A DNA stretch of 64,000 nt, from assembly GCA_965116875.1 (NCBI GenBank), contig OZ220733.1, positions 1,728,001-1,792,000 of the forward strand, written 5' to 3'. This document shows positions 9,576 to 19,841 of the stretch, in pieces (position 1 is the stretch's first letter; each line of letters starts with the position of its first letter). Source of the DNA: Candidatus Latescibacterota bacterium. Lineage in GTDB: Bacteria; Latescibacterota; UBA2968; GCA-2709665. The notes below the pieces were generated by a model. That model was not told the DNA's origin and ran no database searches. It saw only the letters and a program-made list of their open reading frames with translations. The position numbers and the translations under genes are program-made.

Positions 9576-10750
9576 GCCGCCACCTGCGAGGGAATGCGAA
9601 TCTCCAGTCGGGTACCGCGACCGGGCGCGCTGTCAAGGGTAAGCGATCCCCCCAACAATTGCGCCCGCTCACTCAGGCCCGCGAGTCCATGTCGACCCTG
9701 AAAGGTGTCTGCAGGTTCGAATCCGCAACCGTCGTCTTCAACGATAAGCTCCGCGTAAGCGGGCGTCGACGTCAGTCTGAGGCGCGCCCGGTTTGCGCGT
9801 GCGTGTTCCACGACGTTGTTCAACGCCTCCTGCGCCATGCGATACAGACCGGATTCGAATCTGGCGGCAAGAGGATGTCCGCCAACGCATTCCACGCTGA
9901 CGTCCAGGCCTGCCTCGTTTCCGATCGCCTTTCCGAGATCTTCCAATGCCCCTTGCAGCGAGCGATTCTCGAGCGGGGCCGCCCGGAGGTCCAGTACCGC
10001 CCGGCGCGCATCCTCGAGATTGCCGCGAGCCAGCATCATTGCGCCGCGCACAACCTCGGACAGCTTTTCGCGATCCGTATCGTCGTCAAGCAGCGCGTCC
10101 AGCGTTTCCAGCCGCATCAGAATCGCGGCCAGATTCTGACCGAGCGTGTCGTGAATCTCCCTTGCGAGTCGGAGACGCTCATTCGCGACGCCGGTCTCCA
10201 CGCTCTGCTCATATAGACGCGCCCGTTCAATTGCGATGCTGGTCAGATCGCCCACCGTATTGAGCAGCCGCAGATCCTCGGACGAAAGTTCGCGCCACTC
10301 CACGCTCGCCACGTTCAATACACCCACTCGCTTTCGGTTTGCATACAACGGAATGCTCGCGTGATAACGCAGACCCTCCGTTCCTTCAACAAGCCCCTTC
10401 AGCCGGCTGCAGGCCACGACGTTCACGTTCGCGGCCCCCTTCAGATCTCCTTTCCGGTATGTATCCAGGCAATAGCACCATCCGCCCATCTTGACCGGAT
10501 TGTCCTGCAACGCGGGAGGCAGATTCTGCGCGGCGGCCAGGTACGGCTCACCCGTCTCTTCGCTCATGAGCCAGATCCAGCTTGTACTCAGGTCGAGCAG
10601 TGCGGCAACCTTACGAAGCGTTGCTTCCAGGGCCTGGTCGAGATCTACGGACCGGTTCAGTGCGTGCGCAATCTCGTTCAGAACCGTGAGTTCGCGATTG
10701 CGCTGTCCCAGTTGATCGGTTGGCATCGGCAACTTGTCTTGATCGGGCAT
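9572..10750 (-). CDS. GAF-domain sensor histidine kinase (HisKA_3/NarX-like)
   Basis: N-terminal GAF with Cys/His residues (CYCL, ACSRL, HASIPL), H-box ERLRLAREIHDTLGQ, QEALNNVVEHA, DDGCGF, GLAGLSER. Confidence 0.93.
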   Translation of the reverse strand: MPDQDKLPMPTDQLGQRNRELTVLNEIAHALNRSVDLDQALEATLRKVAALLDLSTSWIWLMSEETGEPYLAAAQNLPPALQDNPVKMGGWCYCLDTYRKGDLKGAANVNVVACSRLKGLVEGTEGLRYHASIPLYANRKRVGVLNVASVEWRELSSEDLRLLNTVGDLTSIAIERARLYEQSVETGVANERLRLAREIHDTLGQNLAAILMRLETLDALLDDDTDREKLSEVVRGAMMLARGNLEDARRAVLDLRAAPLENRSLQGALEDLGKAIGNEAGLDVSVECVGGHPLAARFESGLYRMAQEALNNVVEHARANRARLRLTSTPAYAELIVEDDGCGFEPADTFQGRHGLAGLSERAQLLGGSLTLDSAPGRGTRLEIRIPSQVAA

Positions 10751-10793
10751 TGGGTCTCGATTCGCGTGAATGCTTTGCCAAAATATCTCCTGT

Positions 10794-11900
10794 TCAGGGC
10801 AAAATCAAGTGCAGATCGCCAAACTCGTGCCACAGATACCCTTCGTTGAGCGCCGCTTCGTAGGTCACCCGCAGATGATCCAGGCCCGTCAATGCCTGCA
10901 GCATCGATAGATGGGTGGCGCTCGGTTCGTGCATCCCGGTCAACAGGCCGTCTACGATCCGCATCGGCCGTTCGGGCGAGATCAACAGCGTCGTCCATCC
11001 TTCGCCCGGGTAGACCCGTCCGGTTTTATCGGCTACAGTCTCCAGCGCGCGGACCACCGTGGTGCCCACAGCGACAATCCGCCCGCCGTTTCTGTGTGCG
11101 TTGTTGATCACCCGTGCAGTCGGTACCGGAACGCGGTAGTACTCTTCGTACGGCGGCTCATCGGACTCAAGACTCGCGACTCCGGTGTGCAGGATCAGCG
11201 GCGCAATCTGAACGCCCTTCGCCACCAGGTCGGTGATGACCCGGGGCGTGAACGCGCGGCCGGCCGACGGCATTTCGGCGCTGCCCGCCTCGGTCGCGTA
11301 TTCGTTCTGGTAAACCTCGATCGGCCAGTTGTCCCGAACGTAACCATACCGAATGGGCGCGCCGTATACGTCAAGGTACGTGTCAACGTCGTAAGGCAAA
11401 TGTAACGTTGCGATCCACAAACGAACGTCAGCGTCTGGATCGCCCCTGTGTTCAGGCCTGTAGGGCGCGTGCAGATGCGCCGATCCGTCACCGGGCAACG
11501 CCAACACCTCGCCCGGACGCGCCCGAAGAAAAGGTCGCCCGGCGTCCGATGTGCGCACTTCAACAACCCACATCTCAGCCGGCAATTGCGTGGACAAATG
11601 CAGCCTCAACTCCGGACCGTCGGGCCGGGTAACCGGCAATGACGCTTTGCGGGTACCGCTGGTATTGATCACCACCACGTCACCCTCATGAAGCACACCG
11701 GGCAGATCACGAAATGCGACGTGTTCAATTGAATCATCGCTTCGCCGCGAGACCATCAACCGTACCGCGTCCCGGCTGAGGCCGCGAGCTTCCGGCGGTT
11801 CGCCCGCCTCAAGGCGCGACGGGAGTTCAAAGGCCAGGGAGTCCAGCTTTGAATTCACGTTCGCAACGGGCAGAACCGTATTGGCCCTTGTATCAATCAT
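10794..11900 (-). CDS. QueA-family (SAM:tRNA ribosyltransferase-isomerase-like) protein, divergent subtype
   Basis: GDVVVINTS, YQNEYA...GSAEMPSAGRAFT, AVGTTVVRALE, YLWHEFGD; ATG 11900 follows AAGGGGG. Confidence 0.85.
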   Translation of the reverse strand: MIDTRANTVLPVANVNSKLDSLAFELPSRLEAGEPPEARGLSRDAVRLMVSRRSDDSIEHVAFRDLPGVLHEGDVVVINTSGTRKASLPVTRPDGPELRLHLSTQLPAEMWVVEVRTSDAGRPFLRARPGEVLALPGDGSAHLHAPYRPEHRGDPDADVRLWIATLHLPYDVDTYLDVYGAPIRYGYVRDNWPIEVYQNEYATEAGSAEMPSAGRAFTPRVITDLVAKGVQIAPLILHTGVASLESDEPPYEEYYRVPVPTARVINNAHRNGGRIVAVGTTVVRALETVADKTGRVYPGEGWTTLLISPERPMRIVDGLLTGMHEPSATHLSMLQALTGLDHLRVTYEAALNEGYLWHEFGDLHLILP

Positions 11901-12058
11901 AGGAATCCCCCTTTTCAGCCATCCACCAGGATTCGTGTGTTTTCGTGGACGATCAATCGAATACATGAAACTTGACAAAGGCGATTCAACTGCGAATTAC
12001 CAGGATAAACCAGGTCGCTGGCATCGAACGGGACCTCTCCCCCCAGCCGCCCGACCAC

Positions 12059-12189
12059 CGGGTGAGACGTGAAACGGGAGAGGGTAGAGATGACCAGCCT
12101 TGCGGGGTTTCCTCTCGTGCCGGAGGCAAGGAGGGACAACATGCCGGGCGAGGATTTCTTCTCCCGTCTCACCTCTCCCTTCTACCCGC
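12059..12189. repeat. E-family ~130-bp element: inverted heptamer arms (AGACGGG/AGAGGGT) around a conserved core CCTTG...TCTCGTGCCGGAGGCAAG
   Basis: Same core and arms at 17007, 22328, 23854, 26171, 31068 and 42753. Confidence 0.8.
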
Positions 12190-12239
12190 TTTCAGGTTCT
12201 TTACGGCCAATTTGACTGTTGTCTTTTTTTGAATTGAGG

Positions 12240-12941
12240 TCAACTCGTGACCTCGGAGAATGACTCTCGCGCCGCGTAGCGCCCACTCTCGTGCGATCCT
12301 TCCAGCAGTTCCACAAATCCCGCCACGCTCGTCTCCGGCAGGGGGCGATCGCTGATATCCTCTCCGGGAAACGCTTCCTGATGCATCCGGGTCCGCATAT
12401 CGCCGGGATCGACCCAATAGATCCGCCAGTCCGGACGTTCCGCCGCGAGCACGTTTGAAAGCTGTTCAAGCGCCGCTTTGGACGAACCGTATCCACCCCA
12501 GCCCTCGTACGCCTCACGGGCCGCGTCGCTCGTCACGTTGATCACACGAGCGCCCGGTTTCAGCGCCTCACGAACGGCCTGAAGCACGCCCAGCGGCGCA
12601 ATAACATTGGCGCGATACACGTCTTCCAGGGAATCGAGTGGATAATCGAGCAATTCCGGCTGTGGACTCGGACCCAGCATGCCGGCATTGTTGACCACGG
12701 CATCCAGCCCCCCGGCTTCATGCACGGCCCGAGCCAACTCCAGACGATGTTTGGATTCCGTGACATCGCCTGGAATGGCGATCACTTCTGTCGATTTTTC
12801 GAGTTCCTCGCGCGCGGCTTCGAGCGCCGCCGCACCCCTGGCGTTGATGACCAGGCGCCATCCGTGCCCCGCGAGTTCTCGAGCGAGCGCAAGTCCCAGG
12901 CCCCGGGATGCGCCGGTGATTAGCGCTGTTCGCATTGACAT
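12240..12941 (-). CDS. Short-chain dehydrogenase/reductase (SDR)
   Basis: TGASRGLG, NNAG, catalytic YGSSK, DPG. Confidence 0.95.
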   Translation of the reverse strand: MSMRTALITGASRGLGLALARELAGHGWRLVINARGAAALEAAREELEKSTEVIAIPGDVTESKHRLELARAVHEAGGLDAVVNNAGMLGPSPQPELLDYPLDSLEDVYRANVIAPLGVLQAVREALKPGARVINVTSDAAREAYEGWGGYGSSKAALEQLSNVLAAERPDWRIYWVDPGDMRTRMHQEAFPGEDISDRPLPETSVAGFVELLEGSHESGRYAARESFSEVTS

Positions 12942-13016
12942 GTTCGACCTCCTTTGTATCTGATGTGTTTGCTGTCTGGACCGCCTTGTCTTGTCGTGGC
13001 TGAAATTTAGATAAAC

Positions 13017-13044
13017 AAAAAGCCCTCCGCATCGAACGGAGGGC
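13017..13044 (-). terminator. Putative intrinsic terminator downstream of the heparinase-like gene
   Basis: 8-bp stem GCCCTCCG/CGGAGGGC followed by TTTTGTTT on the minus strand. Confidence 0.55.
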
Positions 13045-13054
13045 GTGTTTGCGT

Positions 13055-13072
13055 CCTGTACTATTGGACAGG
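13055..13072. promoter_or_regulatory. Candidate response-regulator operator (CCTGTAC-TATT-GGACAGG) upstream of the SDR-QueA-like-kinase-RR operon
   Basis: Imperfect 7-4-7 inverted repeat about 115 bp upstream of the SDR start; assignment to the NarL-type regulator is inference. Confidence 0.35.
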
Positions 13073-13194
13073 GAGAACCTGCCTATGCCATCAGCGTATC
13101 CGAGATAACCACAGCTGCCGGGTGCTGGCTGAGAAGAGTTATAATGAGCTGGTGAGGGTCCGGATCGCCGTGGTGTCGCGTTGTGGTGTCCACC

Positions 13195-15912
13195 TCAAAA
13201 CCCCGAAAACTTCGCTTCGCCGATCGACGTGAGCGAGCGGTCGGCGGTGTGAGCGAAGGCCGAGGTCCGGATGCGGTAACGCACCGTTCCCGGGATCTCC
13301 CGATGCGGGAAGAACAGATGGCGCATGCCATCGCTGTTGACGTCGAATCCGGGGTCGGCGTCCAGCAACACGTGGGTCTCCCCACCTTCGAGCGACACTG
13401 CCCGCACCCGGCACCCCCGGGTCGATCCATCGCCGAACGTCACGATCGCGGTTGCCCCTTTCAATGCTTCACTTTCCGGCAATTCGCCGGCAACGACCAG
13501 ACCGTCATACTCCGCGCCGGATTCCTTCCTCAATGTACCCGTCACCTCGCCCACATAGGCGCCGGCGGCTTCCAGGGATGCCTGTTTCCACTTCAGGCGG
13601 GTCCCGCCCCAGAGGCCCATCATTTCCGGCAGGCCGTTCCGCACCCTCACGAACCCCACTTCGCCATCCAGCGAGAGTTCTGCCATGGATATACCGCTGT
13701 CACCCGATCCTGTCCGATACACGATATAGTCGACAACGCCGTGATGTCTCACCGTGATCCCCACCGCGTCGCCATCCATCTTCTCAAGTCGCACGTCGTC
13801 TACGAACGGTTCTCCGTCAAACGGTTCGTGTACCGCGGCGAACAGACTCGACAGCGGCGCGGGACCCTTCCGGCGCAACAGGAAGATGGGCATCCGAAAC
13901 CGATCCTGGAGCGCATCGTTCTCCTCCGCCCTGCGAAACGACATGGCATCCCCCGCGAACACATCCGCGCCCGCCTGTCCGGGAATATGCGTCCGCACCG
14001 CCACGGGTGAGTCGTCAATGTTGAACGTGATCGACAAATCGTCCGAAACCGCGCCGCCCGATACATTCTGAAAATACGCATAGGCGACATTCCGGCCTTC
14101 GGCGTCGCCCCGGTCCGACTCGCCGGTGGGAAGCCGGACGTCCACGCCCGGAAGCATGTTTTCACCGTAGGACGCAAGTGGAACGCTGACCGTCGCGTCC
14201 CCGTCCGCATCCGCGTCCCCGTGCAACGCCCAGTCGTGCTGCGAGCCACCGGTCACGTGAAACAGGTCCACCGCGTACACATCCGATTCTCCGGCGTTCA
14301 CCAGAAGCAGCGCGCGCCGGTAGACCTGCGCCAGCCCGGGGTACGCCGCCTCCCCGCTCGCTTCCACCCACTTCACCACATCGAAATCCGGTTCGAAGGC
14401 CAGCAGCCGCCCGTCCGAAGGTCCCTGTCTGCCGCCTGAATACTGCCGCTGCTCATCGATAACCACCGTATTGTGACACAGCGTGCTCGTACTCCACACC
14501 CGGTGCCGCGTGTGGGTGTACCCGACGTCCGGCAACAGTTCGCGCCCCTTGGCGAACAGAACCATGTTCAGATTGTCCGCGTGCTGGTGCCCGTATCCGC
14601 CCGAAAAGTGAAGATGAAGCTGCACCTGTTCGTCGGCCATGCCACGCCCCAGCCACGCGTGTCCGACTCCCGCCAGTAATGTGGAAGCCGAGCGTTCAGG
14701 TACCTTCAGGTTTCTGAAGTGCGCCCAGTTGTCGTGCATGGTCATCTGCCGCCCGTCGGGATACCGGCAGATTTCCAGGATTCGCTCTGCACTGGCGATC
14801 ACAGGGATGTCCCGTGAAAGGTCCAGGTTGTCCAAACGGGTCCCGCTCTCCGGATGGACATAGCCCGGCGGGTCGCTATAGCCCCGTACTGCACGGAATA
14901 CCCTGTTCATGCCGCCCATCGTCATCTGATGATACCCTACGCTGCCCTCCATCCAGAACCCGTCTTCATAGAACATCCGCCTGAACAGTTCCCGGCCTCG
15001 CCTTACGCCCTCGTGCACCAGCCCGGGATCTGACAGGACTCGTCCGATCGCAATGTACCCTTCGTATATACGGGGACCCGCATTGCCGTAAACGATCCCG
15101 TGAAACTGGTCCTGTCGAATGGCGCCGCGGAAGAAGTCGTTCTCGATGCGCGCCTTTACGTCCGCCCCCACCTCGTCCGAGAGTCGCTCCAGTTCGCCGC
15201 TGTCGTAGATCGAATCGTACGCGAACACCAGGTTCGTGGGCATCTCGTCGTGGCGCCACCGCCCCCATTTTCCGCCGCCATTGGGATACGGCGGCTCGGT
15301 TGCGAAACCCTTCGGCCTGTGCGGCCAGTCGCGGCTCACGAGGAATCCCGGATAGTACCGTGCGAACGCATCCAGAATCAACACGGCGCGGCGTGCGTAG
15401 GCCGGATCGCCCGTCACCTGGTAGAGTTCCCCAAGAATCTGCGCGATCCGCGAAAAATACGATCGCGCTTCACGCCATCCCCGGGCCGAAAACAGGTACC
15501 TGTACCCGGTCGCGTCCTCCCAGTAGGGATACGCCACCTCCACGCCCACCGGATTCACCACCTTCATCACCCGATCTTCGGGAAACTGATCGTTCGGAAA
15601 AACCATGTCGCAGAATCGGCATTTCACCCGGTGCGGATCGGATATCGACCATCGCAACTGCCCCTCCTGCGTCCCCTCGTCGCAGTTCGGGCAGCCCATG
15701 AAACGAAAGCCGGTTTTGTCAGGAACCAGGGCCACCATGTCGGCTTCGGGCATCGCCATCACCCTCGAAACCACGCGCTTCAACACGGCGACGCGTTTCG
15801 CCGACACCTCAACCGGATAGACCGGGCGGGTTGGCTCAGCCAGCGCCGACCGCGCCCAGCCCAGGGCAATCAAGCAGCACAACGTCAGCGTCAACACGTC
15901 AATAACGTCCAT
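13195..15912 (-). CDS. Secreted heparinase II/III-like polysaccharide lyase
   Basis: Signal-like MDVIDVLTLTLCCLIALGWARSALA after an AGGA RBS; DGFWMEGSVGYH, GHQHADNLNM, LLPDVGY and STLCHNTVVID motifs; N-terminal CPNC...CRFC. Confidence 0.8.
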   Translation of the reverse strand: MDVIDVLTLTLCCLIALGWARSALAEPTRPVYPVEVSAKRVAVLKRVVSRVMAMPEADMVALVPDKTGFRFMGCPNCDEGTQEGQLRWSISDPHRVKCRFCDMVFPNDQFPEDRVMKVVNPVGVEVAYPYWEDATGYRYLFSARGWREARSYFSRIAQILGELYQVTGDPAYARRAVLILDAFARYYPGFLVSRDWPHRPKGFATEPPYPNGGGKWGRWRHDEMPTNLVFAYDSIYDSGELERLSDEVGADVKARIENDFFRGAIRQDQFHGIVYGNAGPRIYEGYIAIGRVLSDPGLVHEGVRRGRELFRRMFYEDGFWMEGSVGYHQMTMGGMNRVFRAVRGYSDPPGYVHPESGTRLDNLDLSRDIPVIASAERILEICRYPDGRQMTMHDNWAHFRNLKVPERSASTLLAGVGHAWLGRGMADEQVQLHLHFSGGYGHQHADNLNMVLFAKGRELLPDVGYTHTRHRVWSTSTLCHNTVVIDEQRQYSGGRQGPSDGRLLAFEPDFDVVKWVEASGEAAYPGLAQVYRRALLLVNAGESDVYAVDLFHVTGGSQHDWALHGDADADGDATVSVPLASYGENMLPGVDVRLPTGESDRGDAEGRNVAYAYFQNVSGGAVSDDLSITFNIDDSPVAVRTHIPGQAGADVFAGDAMSFRRAEENDALQDRFRMPIFLLRRKGPAPLSSLFAAVHEPFDGEPFVDDVRLEKMDGDAVGITVRHHGVVDYIVYRTGSGDSGISMAELSLDGEVGFVRVRNGLPEMMGLWGGTRLKWKQASLEAAGAYVGEVTGTLRKESGAEYDGLVVAGELPESEALKGATAIVTFGDGSTRGCRVRAVSLEGGETHVLLDADPGFDVNSDGMRHLFFPHREIPGTVRYRIRTSAFAHTADRSLTSIGEAKFSGF

Positions 15913-16009
15913 GAGACCACTTCCTTTCAATGACGCATTCGAAGGCCACTTTCGAATCCTGCGAAACACCGTCCACGGCACTTCGCGGTCCGGCTGAATG
16001 TCTCTGTCG

Positions 16010-16990
16010 TTATCTGGCAGCATTCGTTCGGACCAGCTTCCAGACGTCCGGAAACATGTTGTTGCCCGCCACCATCCAGAGCGCATCGTCGTAGACGAAT
16101 ACACTGGCGGCGTGGCGCGGGGCCCACGGCGTATCCGGCAGTTCGGTCCAGTTCACCCCGTCCGGGCTGTACCACACGTCGTTCCGGTTCCAGCTGCCGG
16201 TCGCCTCGTCCATCGAACGATGGGCCGCCTCGTGAAAGCATCCCTCCATCACCCATAATTTGTCGTCCCACACGCCAACGTCGTGATACTGTCTGGGAGC
16301 CCAGGGCGCCGCACGGGTATGCAATTCCCAGTTGACGCCGTCGGCGGTGCTCCATACGTCGCCGAACATCTTCCGGCTGTTGATACGCGGCGTATCGTAC
16401 GTCCCTCCGCCCAGAATCCAGATCCGGTCCCGAAAAACGGCGCTGCCGCCGATCATTCCGCGTTCTTCCCACGGCGCGTTTTCAACCACCCGGTTCCAGG
16501 TCCGGCCATCCGCCGAATTCCACACGTCGTTGAAAAAGACCTCCTTCTCATCCGCGAATTGGGGGATGGTCTGCCCGCCCATTACCCAGATTCTGCCGTC
16601 GTGGACCGCTGTATAGTGCAAGACCCTCGGGCCCCAGGGCACGGGGTCGCAGATCAGTTCCCAGGCGATGCCATCCGCGCTGCGCCAGACGTCGTTCTGA
16701 TAGTGCCCCTGGTTGCAGTCCCCTCCCACGATCCACATCCGACCGTCATGAACGGCGTAACCGGCCGTGTGCCGCCCCTCCCAGGGCGCCTCCTCGTTCA
16801 CTTCGATCCAGGTTTCGCCGTCGATCGAACACCACACCTCGCTGTTGCAGATGATTGGAAAATTGACCTTGTCACCAGGATTCCACCCGCCCAGCAGCCA
16901 CATCTTGTCCTGAAACACCAGCGCGCCCGCGCCGTCCCGCCCCGCGAAGGCGGCATTTTCCGTTACGCAAATCCATTCGTAATCGGGCAT
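16010..16990 (-). CDS. Kelch-like beta-propeller repeat protein
   Basis: Repeats of [V/M]W[L/I][L/V]GG...NDVWxSxDGxxW...APW. Confidence 0.85.
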   Translation of the reverse strand: MPDYEWICVTENAAFAGRDGAGALVFQDKMWLLGGWNPGDKVNFPIICNSEVWCSIDGETWIEVNEEAPWEGRHTAGYAVHDGRMWIVGGDCNQGHYQNDVWRSADGIAWELICDPVPWGPRVLHYTAVHDGRIWVMGGQTIPQFADEKEVFFNDVWNSADGRTWNRVVENAPWEERGMIGGSAVFRDRIWILGGGTYDTPRINSRKMFGDVWSTADGVNWELHTRAAPWAPRQYHDVGVWDDKLWVMEGCFHEAAHRSMDEATGSWNRNDVWYSPDGVNWTELPDTPWAPRHAASVFVYDDALWMVAGNNMFPDVWKLVRTNAAR

Positions 16991-17006
16991 GAAAACCTCC
17001 TGAATA

Positions 17007-17137
17007 AGGGGAGACGGAAGACGGGAGAGGGTAGAGATTACCTGCCTTGTCAGGTTTCTTCTCGTGCCGCAGGCAAAGAGGAATGAAATATCGGGCGAGG
17101 ATTTCCTCTACCGTCTACCCTCTACCGTCTCCCCGCC
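17007..17137. repeat. E-family element
   Basis: GGGAGACGGAAGACGGGAGAGGGTAGAG...core...CTACCGTCTACCCTCTACCGTCTCCCC. Confidence 0.8.
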
Positions 17138-17143
17138 TTTCTC

Positions 17144-18199
17144 CTACCACCCCTGCCGCCCCACGTAAAGTCCCCGGTTCTTCATCGGCAGTCGGACCCG
17201 CACGCCGCCCAGACGGTGGGACTCGATGAATCCCATCACCATCTCCTGGCTTCGCCGCGCCAACTGGACGGGACCCGATGTTTCCCGTCCCGTGTCCAGC
17301 GCTTCGGCAATATCCCGGAGACCGTTCACCGTGCCACTCTCGATCGACACCTCGGGAAACGGCTGTTCCTCCAGCATATGCCTCACGCCGCAGGCCTTCC
17401 GGTATTGGCAGTTCATCCCGTTGTCGTACGTCCTCAGCTTACCCTCGGAGCCGCACAGCTCGAATTCAGTTCCGCTCCCGCCCACTGTATAACCAAGGAC
17501 GCCGTTGTGAAACCGGACGAATCCGGCTGCCACTCCCGGGTCCACGTTCAACCGGTTGTCCTCCCAATCCGCGTCCTCACAGACGATGGTTCCCTGGACG
17601 AAATCAATCTCCGGATCGCCCGCCAGATACAACATCATATCCGACCCGTGGGTAAGTCCCCACAGCGCGGAGGTCACACCCTGCTGTACGATCACGGCCT
17701 GAACCGTTCCCAGGTCTCCGGCGTCGGCCAGTTCCCGCATCTTCTGATAAACCGGAATATATCGACGTTGGGTGCCATAGTTGAACTTCGTCCCGTTTTT
17801 CTCCACTGCCGCCACCATCGCGTCCGCCTCCTCCATCGAACAGCAGAGCGGCTTCTCGCAATAGATCCCCCTGACCCCGTTTTCGGCCGCGAAGACGGCC
17901 ATCTCCGAGTGGGTCGCCGGGCGCGTGGCGATACACGCGATATCCGGCTTCTCCTTGTGGATCATCTCCCGGTAGTCGGTGTAGCAGACCGGCACGCCGT
18001 ACCGGTCGCGAATCGACTCCGCCTTTTCGGCCACCACGTCCGAGACTGCCACCAGGTCCGTCCGCTCGCAGGCCACGGCGGCCGCCGCGTGCGAGTACGG
18101 GATCCAGAGGTGGCTGTTGGGATGGTCGCGCACCTCGTCATCGATCGTCGCCCCCATCCGCCCGCATCCGATCAACACTGTCCGATATCGATCCGCCAT
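17144..18199 (-). CDS. Gfo/Idh/MocA-family oxidoreductase
   Basis: LIGCGRMG Rossmann fold, IYCEKPL. Confidence 0.92.
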   Translation of the reverse strand: MADRYRTVLIGCGRMGATIDDEVRDHPNSHLWIPYSHAAAAVACERTDLVAVSDVVAEKAESIRDRYGVPVCYTDYREMIHKEKPDIACIATRPATHSEMAVFAAENGVRGIYCEKPLCCSMEEADAMVAAVEKNGTKFNYGTQRRYIPVYQKMRELADAGDLGTVQAVIVQQGVTSALWGLTHGSDMMLYLAGDPEIDFVQGTIVCEDADWEDNRLNVDPGVAAGFVRFHNGVLGYTVGGSGTEFELCGSEGKLRTYDNGMNCQYRKACGVRHMLEEQPFPEVSIESGTVNGLRDIAEALDTGRETSGPVQLARRSQEMVMGFIESHRLGGVRVRLPMKNRGLYVGRQGW

Positions 18200-18224
18200 T
18201 TTCCTATCCTCGTGATCGTGAACG

Positions 18225-19841
18225 TTACTCCACCGCGTTGGACTGCATCTCCGCCCTCAGGGGCCCGAACATGCCATGCCCCCATTTGAGATCCGCGTCC
18301 TGCACCATCTTCTCCGCTTGCCCGGGTCGGAGCGGCGCCGTACCCAGAATCCGGCCGTCCTGCGCGATGCTTATCTGATCGGATCCAATGGCAAACTCCA
18401 GCTTCGTCGGCTTTCCCGTCCAGGCAACGGGCACGGAAACGCTGCCGGGTTTTCTCACCCGGTAGACCTTCCGGTACTGGTCCCACACCTCGTCGTCGTG
18501 CAGGAACGAATGCCGCATGTCTCGAACGGGACAACCCTTTGCGCTCACCGAGAGGTAGAGCGCGTCGCCCATGGGCGCCAGACCGGTCACGCGCTGCCCC
18601 CAATCGTTGATCACCAGGTCGGTACCGTTTTCCTCGTTATAGGCGACCACCCGGTCTTCGTAGGGATGGTTCATGTTGTTCGTAATCTGCGGTTCGCGGA
18701 ACATCCGTTTCACAAAATGCCACGCGTCCGCGTGCGCGTCGTACCGCCACAGTTCCGACCAGGGCCATACCCCCACGTAGAGGTCCCCCCCGTAAATCGT
18801 CGTAGTCTGCGCCTCGCGCACGCTGCCGGACACGCCCGGCATCACGGGAGGATCGCCTTCCAGATGGCGCAACTCCCTGCCGTCGTACCGGAACAGGTTT
18901 CCGGTCGGGTACTGCGCGATCAGCAACTCGTCGTACCAATTCAACATTGAATAGAGCTGAAAACTCACGCCAGCCAAGGAAGCCCGTACGATCTTCCATT
19001 CGGACCCGTCGAATACGTACACGCCCCCCATGTTGGAGGAATTCACGATCTCGTCTCCTAGTTGTCCGATGGAGAACGGCGTTTCCTGTGGATACTTGAG
19101 ATCCAGGGTCACTGCTTTGTCCAGGTCCACCGGTCCGCTTCCCGGCGTCCACGGCACCGCATAGAGGGTGGTATAGGGTGGGTCCGAATCCTGGTCTTTG
19201 TGGAAAAACGTAAGGGCGCCAAGCGCGTAATAGAAATGGTGATAGCGTCCTCTCGCGGGTTTATCCAGGACCCTCTCGCCGTCGTACGTGGCCACGCTCT
19301 CCTTGAACTGGAACACCTTCCCTGCAATCCGCATCTTTCCGTCGCCGCTTACGGTTTCGCCCACGCCGAAACTCTCGTCCGCCTGCCAGGAGCCCGACTC
19401 GTCGTCCCACCACCGCGCGGTCCTGTCCTGGTGATAGCTGCACGAGTACACCCTGCCGTCCAGATCGAACAGATAGCTCCCCCCGTCCTCCGTGGATGGC
19501 GGCAGGGTCTCGAATTGCGGCTCCGCCACGTCGTCGCGCACGAAGAACTGCAGCGTGAACCGGTCCATTCTGAACGCGGTGTTGTAGACGCCCACAAATC
19601 CCGCCCCCAGAACCGCGCGACCATCCCCGTCCCGGGCTTCGAACAACGAACCCCAGTTCTGTCCCAAGTCCCGGCCGAAATCGATCGTTGTTTCAATTCG
19701 CATGATATGTGTCTCCCCGGCATGCCCCGGCAGCGGCCAGAGCAGCAATGTCGCAAGCATCCAGTGCATTGCAAACGAATTCTCCGCGGTTAGATATCTC
19801 GTCGCCCGATCCCATTCTGCGACACTGCCGTCTGACGCCAT
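18225..19841 (-). CDS. Hypothetical secreted protein with beta-propeller-like repeats
   Basis: Long ORF with host-like codon use; hydrophobic segment MLATLLLWPLPGHAG near the N-terminus (true start may be ~19769); GGVYVFDG/GNLFRYDG repeats. Confidence 0.7.
   Translation of the reverse strand: MASDGSVAEWDRATRYLTAENSFAMHWMLATLLLWPLPGHAGETHIMRIETTIDFGRDLGQNWGSLFEARDGDGRAVLGAGFVGVYNTAFRMDRFTLQFFVRDDVAEPQFETLPPSTEDGGSYLFDLDGRVYSCSYHQDRTARWWDDESGSWQADESFGVGETVSGDGKMRIAGKVFQFKESVATYDGERVLDKPARGRYHHFYYALGALTFFHKDQDSDPPYTTLYAVPWTPGSGPVDLDKAVTLDLKYPQETPFSIGQLGDEIVNSSNMGGVYVFDGSEWKIVRASLAGVSFQLYSMLNWYDELLIAQYPTGNLFRYDGRELRHLEGDPPVMPGVSGSVREAQTTTIYGGDLYVGVWPWSELWRYDAHADAWHFVKRMFREPQITNNMNHPYEDRVVAYNEENGTDLVINDWGQRVTGLAPMGDALYLSVSAKGCPVRDMRHSFLHDDEVWDQYRKVYRVRKPGSVSVPVAWTGKPTKLEFAIGSDQISIAQDGRILGTAPLRPGQAEKMVQDADLKWGHGMFGPLRAEMQSNAVE

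Noticed and set aside
15913-16104. Upstream extension of the heparinase-like ORF
   Set aside because: It overlaps the Kelch gene; the RBS and signal peptide support ATG 15912.
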